Shown in pieces: positions 1 to 8,514 of a DNA stretch of 56,138 nt (positions are counted from its first letter, which is position 1; every line of letters starts with the position of its first letter). The stretch lies in IMG/VR virus record IMGVR_UViG_3300017909_002576, positions 1-56,138 of that record. One strand, written 5' to 3'. A model generated the notes under the pieces. The model had not been told where the DNA came from. It worked only from the letters and a program-made list of their open reading frames with translations, and ran no database searches. Position numbers and translations under genes: made by a program. Source of the stretch: a virus (lineage: Duplodnaviria > Caudoviricetes).

Positions 1-1
1 A

Positions 2-1405
2 ATGGCAAAAATGATAGGTGTTGTTACTGAAGCAGGACCTGGTCCTAATCAGTTTATGATAATGCCTAACAATCAGATAATAGACTTTGAGCCTGCTATA
101 CCAGGTAGTCAGGGCGATTACATATATGTTGATAGCACAGGTGAGTTCACTACATCAGATACAGGAAAAATTGCATTTTTAAAATTACAAAATGCAATAT
201 CAACAGTACTTTTGGGTAATGTTGATGCTCCAACTGTTCCAAGTAACCATAGTTTAAGTTTAAACGGTGAAACAGTAACATTCTATGATGGCGGCGGTAA
301 TGTTAATGCCAGTTCAATGGCGGCAAACATTAATAGTGTTGCTAATACATTTGTTGTAGCAAACACTACGCCAACGCCTACAACTGTAACGTCTAATACA
401 GAATCAGTTGCGTATGGACTTGTAGGAGGATATGTGCCGTTTAGTGCATACATAGACAGTGGTAGTGGTAACACACTTGTAAACTTTACTACAGATACAG
501 CAGGCCAGGCCGCATATAGTTTAGCAGTAGGTATTGCAGAAGACATGGTAACAGACATCACTGCGGCTAACATAGCCAACTTGACTGCAACCGTGAGCGG
601 TAGTAACTTATTAAAACTTACAGAAGCAAATGGTAATGCAATCAATATTGTTAATGGTAATGCAGATGCCAGTGCTAATCCGTTTGTAGGTAGCAGTAAT
701 GTATCAGGATTGCCGGCAACAACAAGTGCAACAGGTACAACAAGATTAAAACTTACAAGAAGCGATGGCGGACCTATAGACATTTACGAATCAACGGAAA
801 ATTTCAGAGTAGGCACAGGTATAACAAGCGGACATACAGGCATGTATCCACTTGCAATGAATATCGAACAAGGTATTAGAACAGGAGGTACAACTCTTGT
901 TGCAGATATAAGTGCCAGAGACGCATTGGGTTCTCAAGCAGGTGATCAGGCATACGTTACTAACAAAGGCGACGGTGAATGGGGGTTATATCTTTATACC
1001 GGTAGTGCTTGGGTACAAGTTGCTGACTCAGATAGTGCAAACACAGATGCAAAAACATTAACAACATCATTCACAATGCCTGTAGGAGGCTTTGGTACCA
1101 GCAGTACAAATTCACTTGGTAACATATCACCAGGTAGAAGAATACTAAGTGTTAGTGTTGATGTAAATACTGCATTTGCTGGATATTCAGGTAATGTTTT
1201 ACCAAATATTGAAGTAGGCACAATAGCAGATCCTGATGTTTATTGTGATAGTCCAAGCAACGATTTAACAGTTCAAGAGAATTTTTTATGTAATGCAGAC
1301 TATGTTTATCCTGTAGAAGAATCTCAAGAACAGGAACTTAGAGTACGTTGTAATCACTACAATGCAACCAGCGGAAATGTTACTGTAAAACTAACCTACG
1401 TCTAA
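2..1405 (+). CDS. Virion structural protein (tail/baseplate-associated), probably 5'-truncated by the window
   Basis: 467-aa T/S/G/N-rich ORF running from the window edge. It contains a DISARDAL..QAGDQAYV..GEWGLYLYTGSAW module of the kind seen in phage fibre/structural proteins, and ends in TYV like the next gene (NYV). Confidence 0.6.
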   Translation: MAKMIGVVTEAGPGPNQFMIMPNNQIIDFEPAIPGSQGDYIYVDSTGEFTTSDTGKIAFLKLQNAISTVLLGNVDAPTVPSNHSLSLNGETVTFYDGGGNVNASSMAANINSVANTFVVANTTPTPTTVTSNTESVAYGLVGGYVPFSAYIDSGSGNTLVNFTTDTAGQAAYSLAVGIAEDMVTDITAANIANLTATVSGSNLLKLTEANGNAINIVNGNADASANPFVGSSNVSGLPATTSATGTTRLKLTRSDGGPIDIYESTENFRVGTGITSGHTGMYPLAMNIEQGIRTGGTTLVADISARDALGSQAGDQAYVTNKGDGEWGLYLYTGSAWVQVADSDSANTDAKTLTTSFTMPVGGFGTSSTNSLGNISPGRRILSVSVDVNTAFAGYSGNVLPNIEVGTIADPDVYCDSPSNDLTVQENFLCNADYVYPVEESQEQELRVRCNHYNATSGNVTVKLTYV

Positions 1406-1423
1406 CTTAATTTCCAAATATTT

Positions 1424-1431
1424 GATAAATA
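1424..1431 (+). promoter_or_regulatory. Putative late promoter (GATAAATA)
   Basis: TAAATA core in the intergenic space before the fibre gene, resembling the T4-type late TATAAATA. The same core recurs at 5213, 8151, 26599, 27322, 32000 and 33241 (+), and at about 5190, 6558 and 51853 (-). Confidence 0.6.
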
Positions 1432-1502
1432 TACTTTAACAAGGCTATTTGACATAGGTAGTCATGTTATCGATAACAAAATCAAAGTATTAGGAGATAC
1501 AA

Positions 1503-4500
1503 ATGGCTGACATTAAAAACTTTGGGATCAAAGGTATTGCGGCTGATGTGCAGATGGGTAAATCCGGGGGTCGTCTTAAGTATGACTCAGGTAACGGAAG
1601 ATTTGACCTAACACAATCCGATGGTAGCACACTCGAAGATTTACGTCTTGGTAGTGTTACTGCAGGTACGTGGACAGGTACTGCAATCGGACAAGCATAC
1701 GGTGGTTCCGGCGTAGATACATCATCATCCACGGGTATCGTCTCATATTCAAGTGGTACAGCATCAGTAGGTGCTATATCACTTGCAGATACTAACTTAG
1801 TTTCTGGAGTTGTAGCAGTTGCAAATGGCGGTACTGGCGCAAATACGGCGGCCGGTGCAAGAACCAATTTAGGTTTAGGTACTATAGCAACTCAGGCTTC
1901 TGACTCAGTTAATATTGATGGTGGCGCAATTGACGGAACAGTAATTGGTGGATCAACTGCGGCGGCAGGTAGTTTTACAACTATCAACGCCTCCGGAGCA
2001 ATTACAGGTGACTTAACAGGAACGGCTGATGATGCCGATGGCCTGTCAAGTGCTGTAACAGTTGCTCTATCAGGTGATGTCACAGGAAGTGCAACTTTCC
2101 AAGATGCTGGTGATACAGCAACTATAAGTGCCACACTTGCAACCACAATGGGTAGCGGAAACGCCGCAACTACTCCAGGTAGTTTTGGTAGTTCAAGTGC
2201 TATTCCTGTTATTACTGTTGATGATCACGGTAGAATTACTCAGGTAACTACTGCATCAACATCAAGTACATTAACAATTGGAGCAGACTCCGGTGCAGAT
2301 GATACTGTAACAGTAGGAACAGATACTCTAAACTTTGTTGGTACAAGTAATGAGATTGAAACCACAGTAAGTGACAACCAAATTCAAATTGGTTTACCTA
2401 ACGATGTTACAGTTGGAAACAACTTAACAGTTACAGGCAGTTTCTTATCAGACGATATTACATCAACGTCTGTAGCAATTAACGGTGCCTGTACAATTTC
2501 AGGTAACTTAACTGTAAGTGGAACAACAACAACAGTTAACTCAACTACAGTTAACATTGCAGATCCAATTTTTGAAATTGGTGATGATTCAAGTGATGAT
2601 AACTTAGATAGAGGTATTAAATTTAAATATAACAGTGGTGGTGCTAAAGTTGGATTCTTTGGATTTGACGATAGTGCAGGCGTATTTACTGTAATCAATG
2701 ATGCAACTGATTCATCAAGTGTATTCAGTGGTTCAGCAGGTGCTGTTAAGTTTGGAACAGTAGAAGGTACATCATTTAGTGATGGTACTATTTCGGGTGT
2801 TACATTTGTCGATGAAGATGATATGACATCTAATAGTGCAACAAGAATTCCAACACAGCAATCTGTTAAAGCATATGTTGACTCACAAGTAACTGCACAG
2901 GATTTAGACGTTGCAGGTGATAGTGGTACAGGTGCAGTTGATTTAGACTCACAGTCACTAACTATTGCAGGCGGTACTGGTTTAACTTCTGCGGCAAGTG
3001 GTCAAACTGTTACTGTAACACTTGACAATACCGCGGTATCGGCAGGTGAATATGGTAATGCTACTGCAATTCCAGTAATTAACGTAGACGCACAAGGACG
3101 TGTTATTTCGGCTTCAACAGCCGCTATTTCTACATCATTCACATTAGCAGGTGATTCAGGTTCTGAAACTGTTAATGGTGGTGATACCCTAACAGTTGCA
3201 GGTGGTACTAATATTACTACAGCAGTATCGGCAACTGATACAGCAACAATCAACCTTGACACTACCTTAACAGGTATGGTTGCAGGTACATTTAGTGGTG
3301 CTGTACAAGGTGGAAGTATTACAGACGGTACAGCAACAATGACTGGCGGAGCCTTAACAGGCTTAACCGGAGCATTAACCACTTCGGGCACAGTTACTGG
3401 TGGTACATTAACAGATGGTACATTAAGTATCAATTCAGGTAACATTACATCAGGTGTTGCGGCTACATTCAGTGGTGCTGTAACAGGTGGTAGTTTAACT
3501 GATGGTACTTTAAATATTGCTTCTGGTAATATTACTTCAGGTGTTGCGGCAACATTTAGTGGTGCTGTACAAGGTGGATCATTAACTGATGGTACATTAA
3601 CTGCATCAAGTGGTGCAATTACTGGTGCTACAAATATCACAGCAAGTGGTACAGTACAATATGGTTCATTAAGTGATGGTACTATTACTATTACAGGCTT
3701 TGTTGATGAAGACAACATGGCAAGTGATAGTGCAACATTAGTTCCTACACAACAATCTGTTAAAGCATACGTTGACTCACAAGTTGGCGGTCAAGATTTA
3801 GACTTCCAAGGTGATACAGGTGGTGCTCTAAGTATAGACTTAGATTCAGAAACACTTGATATTGCAGGTGGTACTAACATCAATACTGCAGGTAGTGGTA
3901 ATCAAATTGACATTAATTTGGATACAACATTAACTGGTTTAACAAGTGTTACATCTACAACATTAACAGACGGAACAGCAACATTAACAGGTGGTGCTTT
4001 ATCAGGTGTTACAACTGTTAATACATCAGGAGATGTAACAGTTGGTGGTAACTTAACAGTTAGTGGTACTACTACAAGTGTTAATTCAACTAACACAACT
4101 ATTACTGATACATTGGTTGTTTTACAATCAGGTTTAAGTGGTGCTAACCCTAACGACATAGGTCACATTTACGAAAGAGGTACAGATGGAGACAACGGCT
4201 TCTTAGGATGGGACCAAAGTGTTGATAGGTTTGTAGCAGGTACTACAACAGCAGATGGTAGTTCAGCAGGTGACTTATCATTAACAGCGGCTGACTTTGA
4301 AGCGGCTCAATTGATAGGTTCAAGTGCTACAATCAGTGGTGCTGTAAGTTTCGGTTCATTAACAGATAGTGGTGAATCAATTACAGTAACTAAGTTTGTT
4401 GACGAGGCAGACGGAATTAGCAGTAACGATAATGATACTACTATTCCAACTTCAGCGGCAGTTAAGGACTATGTTGATAATAACGGTGGTGACGGACTAT

Positions 4501-4856
4501 TAATAAGACGTGCTCTTGCAAGTGGTTCAACAACATTGGATACATCAGCAGTTCCAAATGTAAGTTCAAGAACTTACTATGCTGAAAAGATTGTTATTAA
4601 GATTGGTACAGCATTTAGTGGTGGATCATTTAACCACATTCTTGTTAAAGAGAATGCAGGTTCAGGTGATACACTTGTAGCGGCAACAGATGCCGATGCA
4701 GGTACAACAGGTACATACATCATCGAATTAGATGGTGACCAAACACTTACTAAGAATGCGGCAATCCAGGTACAGTTCATGCAGACAGATGGCACAACAG
4801 CGGCCACAACCACTGCAGGTTCCGGTACTATTAGCATTCACTATAATTACGTTTAA
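1503..4856 (+). CDS. Long tail/head fibre-like structural protein
   Basis: 1117 aa, very rich in G/T/S/D. Repeated PTQQSVKAYVD motifs (2 copies plus PTSAAVKDYVD), two IPVIxVDxxGR motifs, and a VANGGTGA-TAAGARTNLGLG motif typical of phage fibres. GGAG RBS upstream. Confidence 0.75.
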   Translation: MADIKNFGIKGIAADVQMGKSGGRLKYDSGNGRFDLTQSDGSTLEDLRLGSVTAGTWTGTAIGQAYGGSGVDTSSSTGIVSYSSGTASVGAISLADTNLVSGVVAVANGGTGANTAAGARTNLGLGTIATQASDSVNIDGGAIDGTVIGGSTAAAGSFTTINASGAITGDLTGTADDADGLSSAVTVALSGDVTGSATFQDAGDTATISATLATTMGSGNAATTPGSFGSSSAIPVITVDDHGRITQVTTASTSSTLTIGADSGADDTVTVGTDTLNFVGTSNEIETTVSDNQIQIGLPNDVTVGNNLTVTGSFLSDDITSTSVAINGACTISGNLTVSGTTTTVNSTTVNIADPIFEIGDDSSDDNLDRGIKFKYNSGGAKVGFFGFDDSAGVFTVINDATDSSSVFSGSAGAVKFGTVEGTSFSDGTISGVTFVDEDDMTSNSATRIPTQQSVKAYVDSQVTAQDLDVAGDSGTGAVDLDSQSLTIAGGTGLTSAASGQTVTVTLDNTAVSAGEYGNATAIPVINVDAQGRVISASTAAISTSFTLAGDSGSETVNGGDTLTVAGGTNITTAVSATDTATINLDTTLTGMVAGTFSGAVQGGSITDGTATMTGGALTGLTGALTTSGTVTGGTLTDGTLSINSGNITSGVAATFSGAVTGGSLTDGTLNIASGNITSGVAATFSGAVQGGSLTDGTLTASSGAITGATNITASGTVQYGSLSDGTITITGFVDEDNMASDSATLVPTQQSVKAYVDSQVGGQDLDFQGDTGGALSIDLDSETLDIAGGTNINTAGSGNQIDINLDTTLTGLTSVTSTTLTDGTATLTGGALSGVTTVNTSGDVTVGGNLTVSGTTTSVNSTNTTITDTLVVLQSGLSGANPNDIGHIYERGTDGDNGFLGWDQSVDRFVAGTTTADGSSAGDLSLTAADFEAAQLIGSSATISGAVSFGSLTDSGESITVTKFVDEADGISSNDNDTTIPTSAAVKDYVDNNGGDGLLIRRALASGSTTLDTSAVPNVSSRTYYAEKIVIKIGTAFSGGSFNHILVKENAGSGDTLVAATDADAGTTGTYIIELDGDQTLTKNAAIQVQFMQTDGTTAATTTAGSGTISIHYNYV
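3399..3659 (+). repeat. Imperfect 87-nt (29-aa) tandem coding repeat in the fibre gene
   Basis: Units start at 3399, 3486 and 3573: GGTLTDGTLSINSGNITSGVAATFSGAVT / GGSLTDGTLNIASGNITSGVAATFSGAVQ / GGSLTDGTLTASSGAIT... Confidence 0.8.
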
Positions 4857-4871
4857 AACTAATTAATAGTT

Positions 4872-4901
4872 AAGAAAGGGCCTTAATGGCCCTTTCTTTT
4901 T
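4872..4901. terminator. Bidirectional intrinsic terminator
   Basis: AAGAAAGGGCC-TTAAT-GGCCCTTTCTT plus T run, between convergent genes. Confidence 0.85.
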
Positions 4902-4907
4902 GGAACT

Positions 4908-5135
4908 TTAGTCAGTTCTGTTTACAAAACTATATAATTCTTCTGCTGTTTGAATTATTTGATCTGTAGTAATGGTGATAATAGGTGCTTTTTCACCTTG
5001 TCTTTCCTCATCAGGTCTGGCGTAAAAAGCCATAGTTGCCTGTTCTCTATTGGCTTCTAATAAGCCAGTAGCCATTCCTAATATATCAGTTCTGAGTTCA
5101 TAACCACTCTTGTGGTAGGGATTTTTACTATTCAT
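4908..5135 (-). CDS. Conserved phage hypothetical protein
   Basis: 75 aa, GYELRTDIL...TAEELYSFV. AGGAG RBS with a CA-rich leader, and a minus-strand TAAATA upstream. Confidence 0.7.
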   Translation of the reverse strand: MNSKNPYHKSGYELRTDILGMATGLLEANREQATMAFYARPDEERQGEKAPIITITTDQIIQTAEELYSFVNRTD

Positions 5136-5212
5136 ATTTTCTCCTGTGTGTATGTGTTAAATAGTATGTAACATCTGTGTTACAAAAATTATTTATATGT
5201 TACATTACAAAA

Positions 5213-5220
5213 GATAAATA
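5213..5220 (+). promoter_or_regulatory. Putative late promoter driving the riboswitch/DUF4278-like transcript
   Basis: GATAAATA about 20 nt upstream of the first aptamer. Confidence 0.5.
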
Positions 5221-5240
5221 ATTTATGAGTATAAAAACTC

Positions 5241-5288
5241 ATCGTTCATCCTGTAAAGGACGGAAGTAGTCATAAGACGAAGGAACGC
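5241..5288 (+). ncRNA. Glutamine riboswitch (glnA RNA motif) aptamer 1
   Basis: ATCGTTCA-TCCT gtaa AGGA-CGGAAGTA-GTC ataa GAC-GAAGGAACGC. P1 is CGTTC/GAACG, with P2, the E-loop GAAGTA/GAA and P3 all matching the glnA motif. Confidence 0.85.
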
Positions 5289-5292
5289 CGAA

Positions 5293-5353
5293 ATCGTTCA
5301 TTCACTCTAAATGTAGCAGTGAACGGAAGTAGGTAATTGTACCGAAGGAACGC
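5293..5353 (+). ncRNA. Glutamine riboswitch (glnA RNA motif) aptamer 2
   Basis: ATCGTTCA-TTCACT ctaaatgtagc AGTGAA-CGGAAGTA-GGTA attg TACC-GAAGGAACGC. The core is identical to aptamer 1, with different but fully paired P2/P3. Confidence 0.85.
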
Positions 5354-5378
5354 ATCTAACTTTAATTAGGAGGATGTT

Positions 5379-5543
5379 ATGACACATATCTATAGAGGTG
5401 TAGAGTACAAGGTAGCAAACGAAAGTTTACCTAAAGTAAAATTCGTTGGCATGTACCGTGGACAAAAGTACACCGCAAGACAAACCCAAAGACAGCAACA
5501 AGCCAAGCACGGCACATATCGTGGTGTCTCATGGGTCCAGTAA
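5379..5543 (+). CDS. DUF4278-like small protein (54 aa, not in the ORF track)
   Basis: MTHIYRGVEYKVANESLPKVKFVGMYRGQKYTARQTQRQQQAKHGTYRGVSWVQ, with three YRG motifs and an AGGAGG RBS. DUF4278 genes are known companions of glutamine riboswitches. Confidence 0.8.
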   Translation: MTHIYRGVEYKVANESLPKVKFVGMYRGQKYTARQTQRQQQAKHGTYRGVSWVQ

Positions 5544-5562
5544 TAGACTAAGGTCTGAAAGT

Positions 5563-5587
5563 AAAAGGGTCACCAAGTGGCCCTTTT
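5563..5587. terminator. Bidirectional intrinsic terminator
   Basis: AAAAGGGTCAC-CAA-GTGGCCCTTTT between the convergent DUF4278-like and ferredoxin genes. Confidence 0.75.
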
Positions 5588-5589
5588 CT

Positions 5590-5919
5590 CTAATCTATTT
5601 GAACTACTTTTATTGCTTCTGAAATTGAATACGGACTTTTTTCTGCTAAAGGTTCTTTAGTTTCTACTATATTAGCATCGCTATATTTAATAGCACCTTT
5701 GGCATTGATTTCTATAAAATCAATCTGATCTGAAGGAAGTTCATCATCAGAGTAAATGGCTTGTACAGGACATTCAGGCTCGCACAATGCACAGTCAATG
5801 CATTCTTCTGGGTCTATGTATAGCATGTCTGGTCCTTCATAAAAGCAGTCAACAGGACATACTTCTACACACTTAGTATCTTTACACCCTACACAGGCGG
5901 CACCTATAACAAACGACAA
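5590..5919 (-). CDS. fdxA: 7Fe ([3Fe-4S][4Fe-4S]) ferredoxin
   Basis: [21 protein letters not shown]...[17 protein letters not shown] matches the proteobacterial FdxA pattern. TTG start with GGAG RBS. Confidence 0.85.
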   Translation of the reverse strand: MSFVIGAACVGCKDTKCVEVCPVDCFYEGPDMLYIDPEECIDCALCEPECPVQAIYSDDELPSDQIDFIEINAKGAIKYSDANIVETKEPLAEKSPYSISEAIKVVQID

Positions 5920-5943
5920 TTCTTACTCCGATAATTTTTTATT

Positions 5944-5972
5944 ATTATATATTAAAATTTATTACTTGTCAA
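5944..5972 (-). promoter_or_regulatory. Sigma70-type promoter for ferredoxin
   Basis: TTGACA-17-TATAAT on the minus strand. Confidence 0.7.
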
Positions 5973-5973
5973 A

Positions 5974-6552
5974 CTATTTTTTAGGATTAGGAAAGGCTGT
6001 AAATGTACAGTAAAATATTTCTGTATCTATCATACTTGCATTTGGTGTAAACCCTGCAGGAATATGTGCTGGCCAAAATACATATTTCCATTGTTTTGAT
6101 AATTCAAAATGTGTATAATCTTGTATGCCTGGCGGATCAGAGTATCTTTTACCAGTAAAGTTTTCTAAGTATAATCCACTACCTTTATTAGTTGTTTGAA
6201 GCCATACACAGCCATTATACCATCTATTTCTTTCTAACATGGTTGGTAAACTGTGATTTGGTTTCACGCCTAAGATAGTTGGCTCGACTACTTCAACTTG
6301 CCTGTCCAGTGCTGGTTTATGTTTGTCTTTTATTGCATCAATAAAATAACTACCTACCAGTAATTGTAACTTCCTGAGATTTCCAGTCTGCGGTACTTCT
6401 TTAAGAGTTGTGTATCCAAATGTTGTTTGGTGTTTAACACCTTTATCCAAAGAGTCAAGATCATCTCTGATGCCATTTTCTATCTCTGGTGTAAGTGTAA
6501 TTTCTCCCGTAAATACCCAGTCTGGAAATACTGTAAATGTTTTCTTTGACAT
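5974..6552 (-). CDS. Degenerate 2OG-Fe(II) oxygenase-like protein
   Basis: Probable start MSKKTFTVFP at 6552. Layout (NGCVWL...GSGLYL...FWPAHI) resembles phage 2OG dioxygenases, but the metal-binding His residues are not evident. Confidence 0.45.
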   Translation of the reverse strand: MSKKTFTVFPDWVFTGEITLTPEIENGIRDDLDSLDKGVKHQTTFGYTTLKEVPQTGNLRKLQLLVGSYFIDAIKDKHKPALDRQVEVVEPTILGVKPNHSLPTMLERNRWYNGCVWLQTTNKGSGLYLENFTGKRYSDPPGIQDYTHFELSKQWKYVFWPAHIPAGFTPNASMIDTEIFYCTFTAFPNPKK

Positions 6553-6573
6553 AAGTATATTTATATTTTTAGG

Positions 6574-6601
6574 TTGACAATAACTAAGAATCGTGTATAA
6601 T
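6574..6601 (+). promoter_or_regulatory. Sigma70-type early promoter
   Basis: TTGACA-16-TATAAT. Confidence 0.75.
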
Positions 6602-6621
6602 GTATTTGCATAGGAGAATAA

Positions 6622-7233
6622 ATGAAACAAAAAGTTATTTTAACAGACTGCGACGGTGTTGTTTTAGATTGGGAGGAAGGATTCTCAGTATGGATGGAAC
6701 ACCATGGACACAAAAAAGTTGATGGATATCAATTTGTATATAACATAGGCGAGAGATATGGCATGCCATATGAAGCCGGCAGTAAACTTGTTAAGCAATT
6801 TAACGAAAGTGCCGCAATAGGTTTTCTACCACCACTACGCGATGCTCAATACTTTGTAAAAAAATTACACGAACAACATCAATATAAATTTGTATGCATC
6901 ACAAGTTTAAGTTTAGACCCACATGCAAAAGCATTAAGAGAACGTAATCTTAAAAAACTTATGGGAGATGCATTCATAGAAGTAGTTTGTTTAGACACAG
7001 GTGCTGACAAAGACGATATTTTAGTTGAGTACGGTAAAAAGTATCCAGGATCTTATTGGATTGAGGATAAGCCTGAAAATGTACAATCAGGTATAAACGT
7101 AGGATTACAGGGTATCTTAATTGAACACGGTCACAATATGGATTATAAAGGTGATGCAACTGTGGTAAAAAATTGGGAAGACATTTATAATATTGTTGTT
7201 AATCAACAGGTTTGGGAGCCATATACTCGTTAA
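6622..7233 (+). CDS. HAD-superfamily hydrolase (5'(3')-deoxyribonucleotidase-like)
   Basis: DCDGVVLDW motif I, ITS motif II, WIEDKPEN motif IV. Confidence 0.8.
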   Translation: MKQKVILTDCDGVVLDWEEGFSVWMEHHGHKKVDGYQFVYNIGERYGMPYEAGSKLVKQFNESAAIGFLPPLRDAQYFVKKLHEQHQYKFVCITSLSLDPHAKALRERNLKKLMGDAFIEVVCLDTGADKDDILVEYGKKYPGSYWIEDKPENVQSGINVGLQGILIEHGHNMDYKGDATVVKNWEDIYNIVVNQQVWEPYTR

Positions 7234-7239
7234 AACTGG

Positions 7240-7267
7240 TTGACAATAATTAATTTTTTGCTATAAT
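7240..7267 (+). promoter_or_regulatory. Sigma70-type early promoter
   Basis: TTGACA-16-TATAAT with extended -10 (TGcTATAAT). Confidence 0.8.
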
Positions 7268-7297
7268 ATGCATATAGTTAGAAATTAGGAGTAATTT

Positions 7298-7966
7298 ATG
7301 GTACCAGAATTTAATATCGAAGATGTAATGTCAGCAAGTGTTTCAGCACACAGGTTGAATAGAGGTTTTATTAAGAAAGACCAAATTCGATTAGACTCTG
7401 AGTACGAAGGTGCTATATCAAACGCACAACTTCTGTACAGACACTTCTTTCAAAACGAAACACTTGATATCACTGATAATGATCGCAATACTGCTTCAGA
7501 AATTATTGATTATTTAAAAGGATTAAGTTTTAAGGCAATTGAAAGAAAGTTAACTGATTTTGAAAAAAATGTTTTGTCAATAGTAACCTCCCCTACAATT
7601 ATAAAACAGCAGATTGGGATTGCCGCAAGTTTACCTAAAGTTTATTACAATAAGTTAGAACAAGATGATTGGAGTTCAAGAGAACTTGAATTAAGTAGAA
7701 CAAGTGTTGCACTTGGAAAACTACGAGAGAGGAGCAACTTTGTTGCTAAAGTGGAATTTAATCGTTACATTCCAAAAACTATGAGTTACCTTGTTACAGC
7801 AAGTGTTGATAATAAAAGTATCTTAAAGTTCTTTAGTGACAAAAAACAGGCTCTTGGCAAGGAGATTAATATCTCAGGATATGTTAAGAGTCAATCAGAG
7901 GGTCGTTACCATTCTGGTATGGAAACTATTATTAATAGAATTAAAATCGAAGAAAGCAACGACTAA
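7298..7966 (+). CDS. Conserved phage hypothetical protein (possible C-terminal OB fold)
   Basis: 222 aa with AGGAG RBS. C-terminal ISGYVKSQ...ETIINRIK pattern. Confidence 0.6.
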   Translation: MVPEFNIEDVMSASVSAHRLNRGFIKKDQIRLDSEYEGAISNAQLLYRHFFQNETLDITDNDRNTASEIIDYLKGLSFKAIERKLTDFEKNVLSIVTSPTIIKQQIGIAASLPKVYYNKLEQDDWSSRELELSRTSVALGKLRERSNFVAKVEFNRYIPKTMSYLVTASVDNKSILKFFSDKKQALGKEINISGYVKSQSEGRYHSGMETIINRIKIEESND

Positions 7967-7978
7967 CAGAGCGATTTC

Positions 7979-8110
7979 CCACGTTGCGTGGAGGTTTAGA
8001 GACTCTTTAAACTAAAAGCCAAAAGTAGCAGACAACTGATCGATGTCTATAAACAGATCCGTGTAGAATGAGTCAACAGCACTTGGACTCTCAAAATAGT
8101 GCATTAGAGT
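7979..8110 (+). ncRNA. Candidate structured RNA (two hairpins plus two H-type pseudoknots)
   Basis: Intergenic. CCACG/CGTGG, GTTTAGAG/CTTTAAAC, AGACA/TGTCT with loop GATC pairing to GATC at 8056, and GAGTC/GACTC with loop GCACT pairing to AGTGC at 8098. Confidence 0.35.
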
Positions 8111-8112
8111 AG

Positions 8113-8143
8113 AATGCCCTGTTTATTAACAGGGCATTTTTTT
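8113..8143 (+). terminator. Intrinsic terminator
   Basis: AATGCCCTGTT-TATT-AACAGGGCATT plus T run. Confidence 0.85.
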
Positions 8144-8184
8144 ATACTCAGATAAATAGTAGTAACGGTAGAGGAGTTATTACT

Positions 8185-8514
8185 ATGGCAGAAGAAAAGG
8201 TAGAAAATAAAGTTTATCATCCTGCAGACACAAACGGAGATGGTAAAGTAAGCAAAGCAGAGCATGATATGTATATGGAATTCAAACGCAAAGAGTTAGA
8301 AGACCAAGATGCAATGAGAGACGCACAACGTCAAATGGCGTGGTTCTCATTATATGGAATGTTAGCATATCCTGTACTGGTTATTGGGTCTAATTTTGTA
8401 GGCTTCGAAAAAGCCGCAGACATATTAGGCGATATGGCTGGTGTTTACTTTATTGCAGTTGCTGGTATTGTAGCGGCATTCTTCGGTGCTCAGGCATGGA
8501 CAGGTAAGAAGTAA
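8185..8514 (+). CDS. Small membrane protein with an EF-hand-like loop (holin-like)
   Basis: DTNGDGKVSKAE loop and two hydrophobic helices. Preceded by GATAAATA (8151) and GAGGAG. Confidence 0.6.
   Translation: MAEEKVENKVYHPADTNGDGKVSKAEHDMYMEFKRKELEDQDAMRDAQRQMAWFSLYGMLAYPVLVIGSNFVGFEKAADILGDMAGVYFIAVAGIVAAFFGAQAWTGKK

Noticed and set aside
283-4837. Long minus-strand ORFs opposite the structural genes (e.g. 283-783, 3002-3718)
   Set aside because: Antisense shadows caused by the biased Gly/Thr/Ser codon usage of the real plus-strand genes; no RBS or motifs.
5241-5353. Direct repeats ATCGTTCA...CGGAAGTAG...GAAGGAACGC as a mini-CRISPR
   Set aside because: Only two units, and the variable parts are internal paired stems; explained by tandem riboswitch aptamers.
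7979-8110. tmRNA, preQ1 riboswitch or hammerhead ribozyme
   Set aside because: No tRNA-like ends or tag frame, no preQ1 loop consensus, and CTGATCGA lacks the hammerhead spacing and GAAA; left unassigned.
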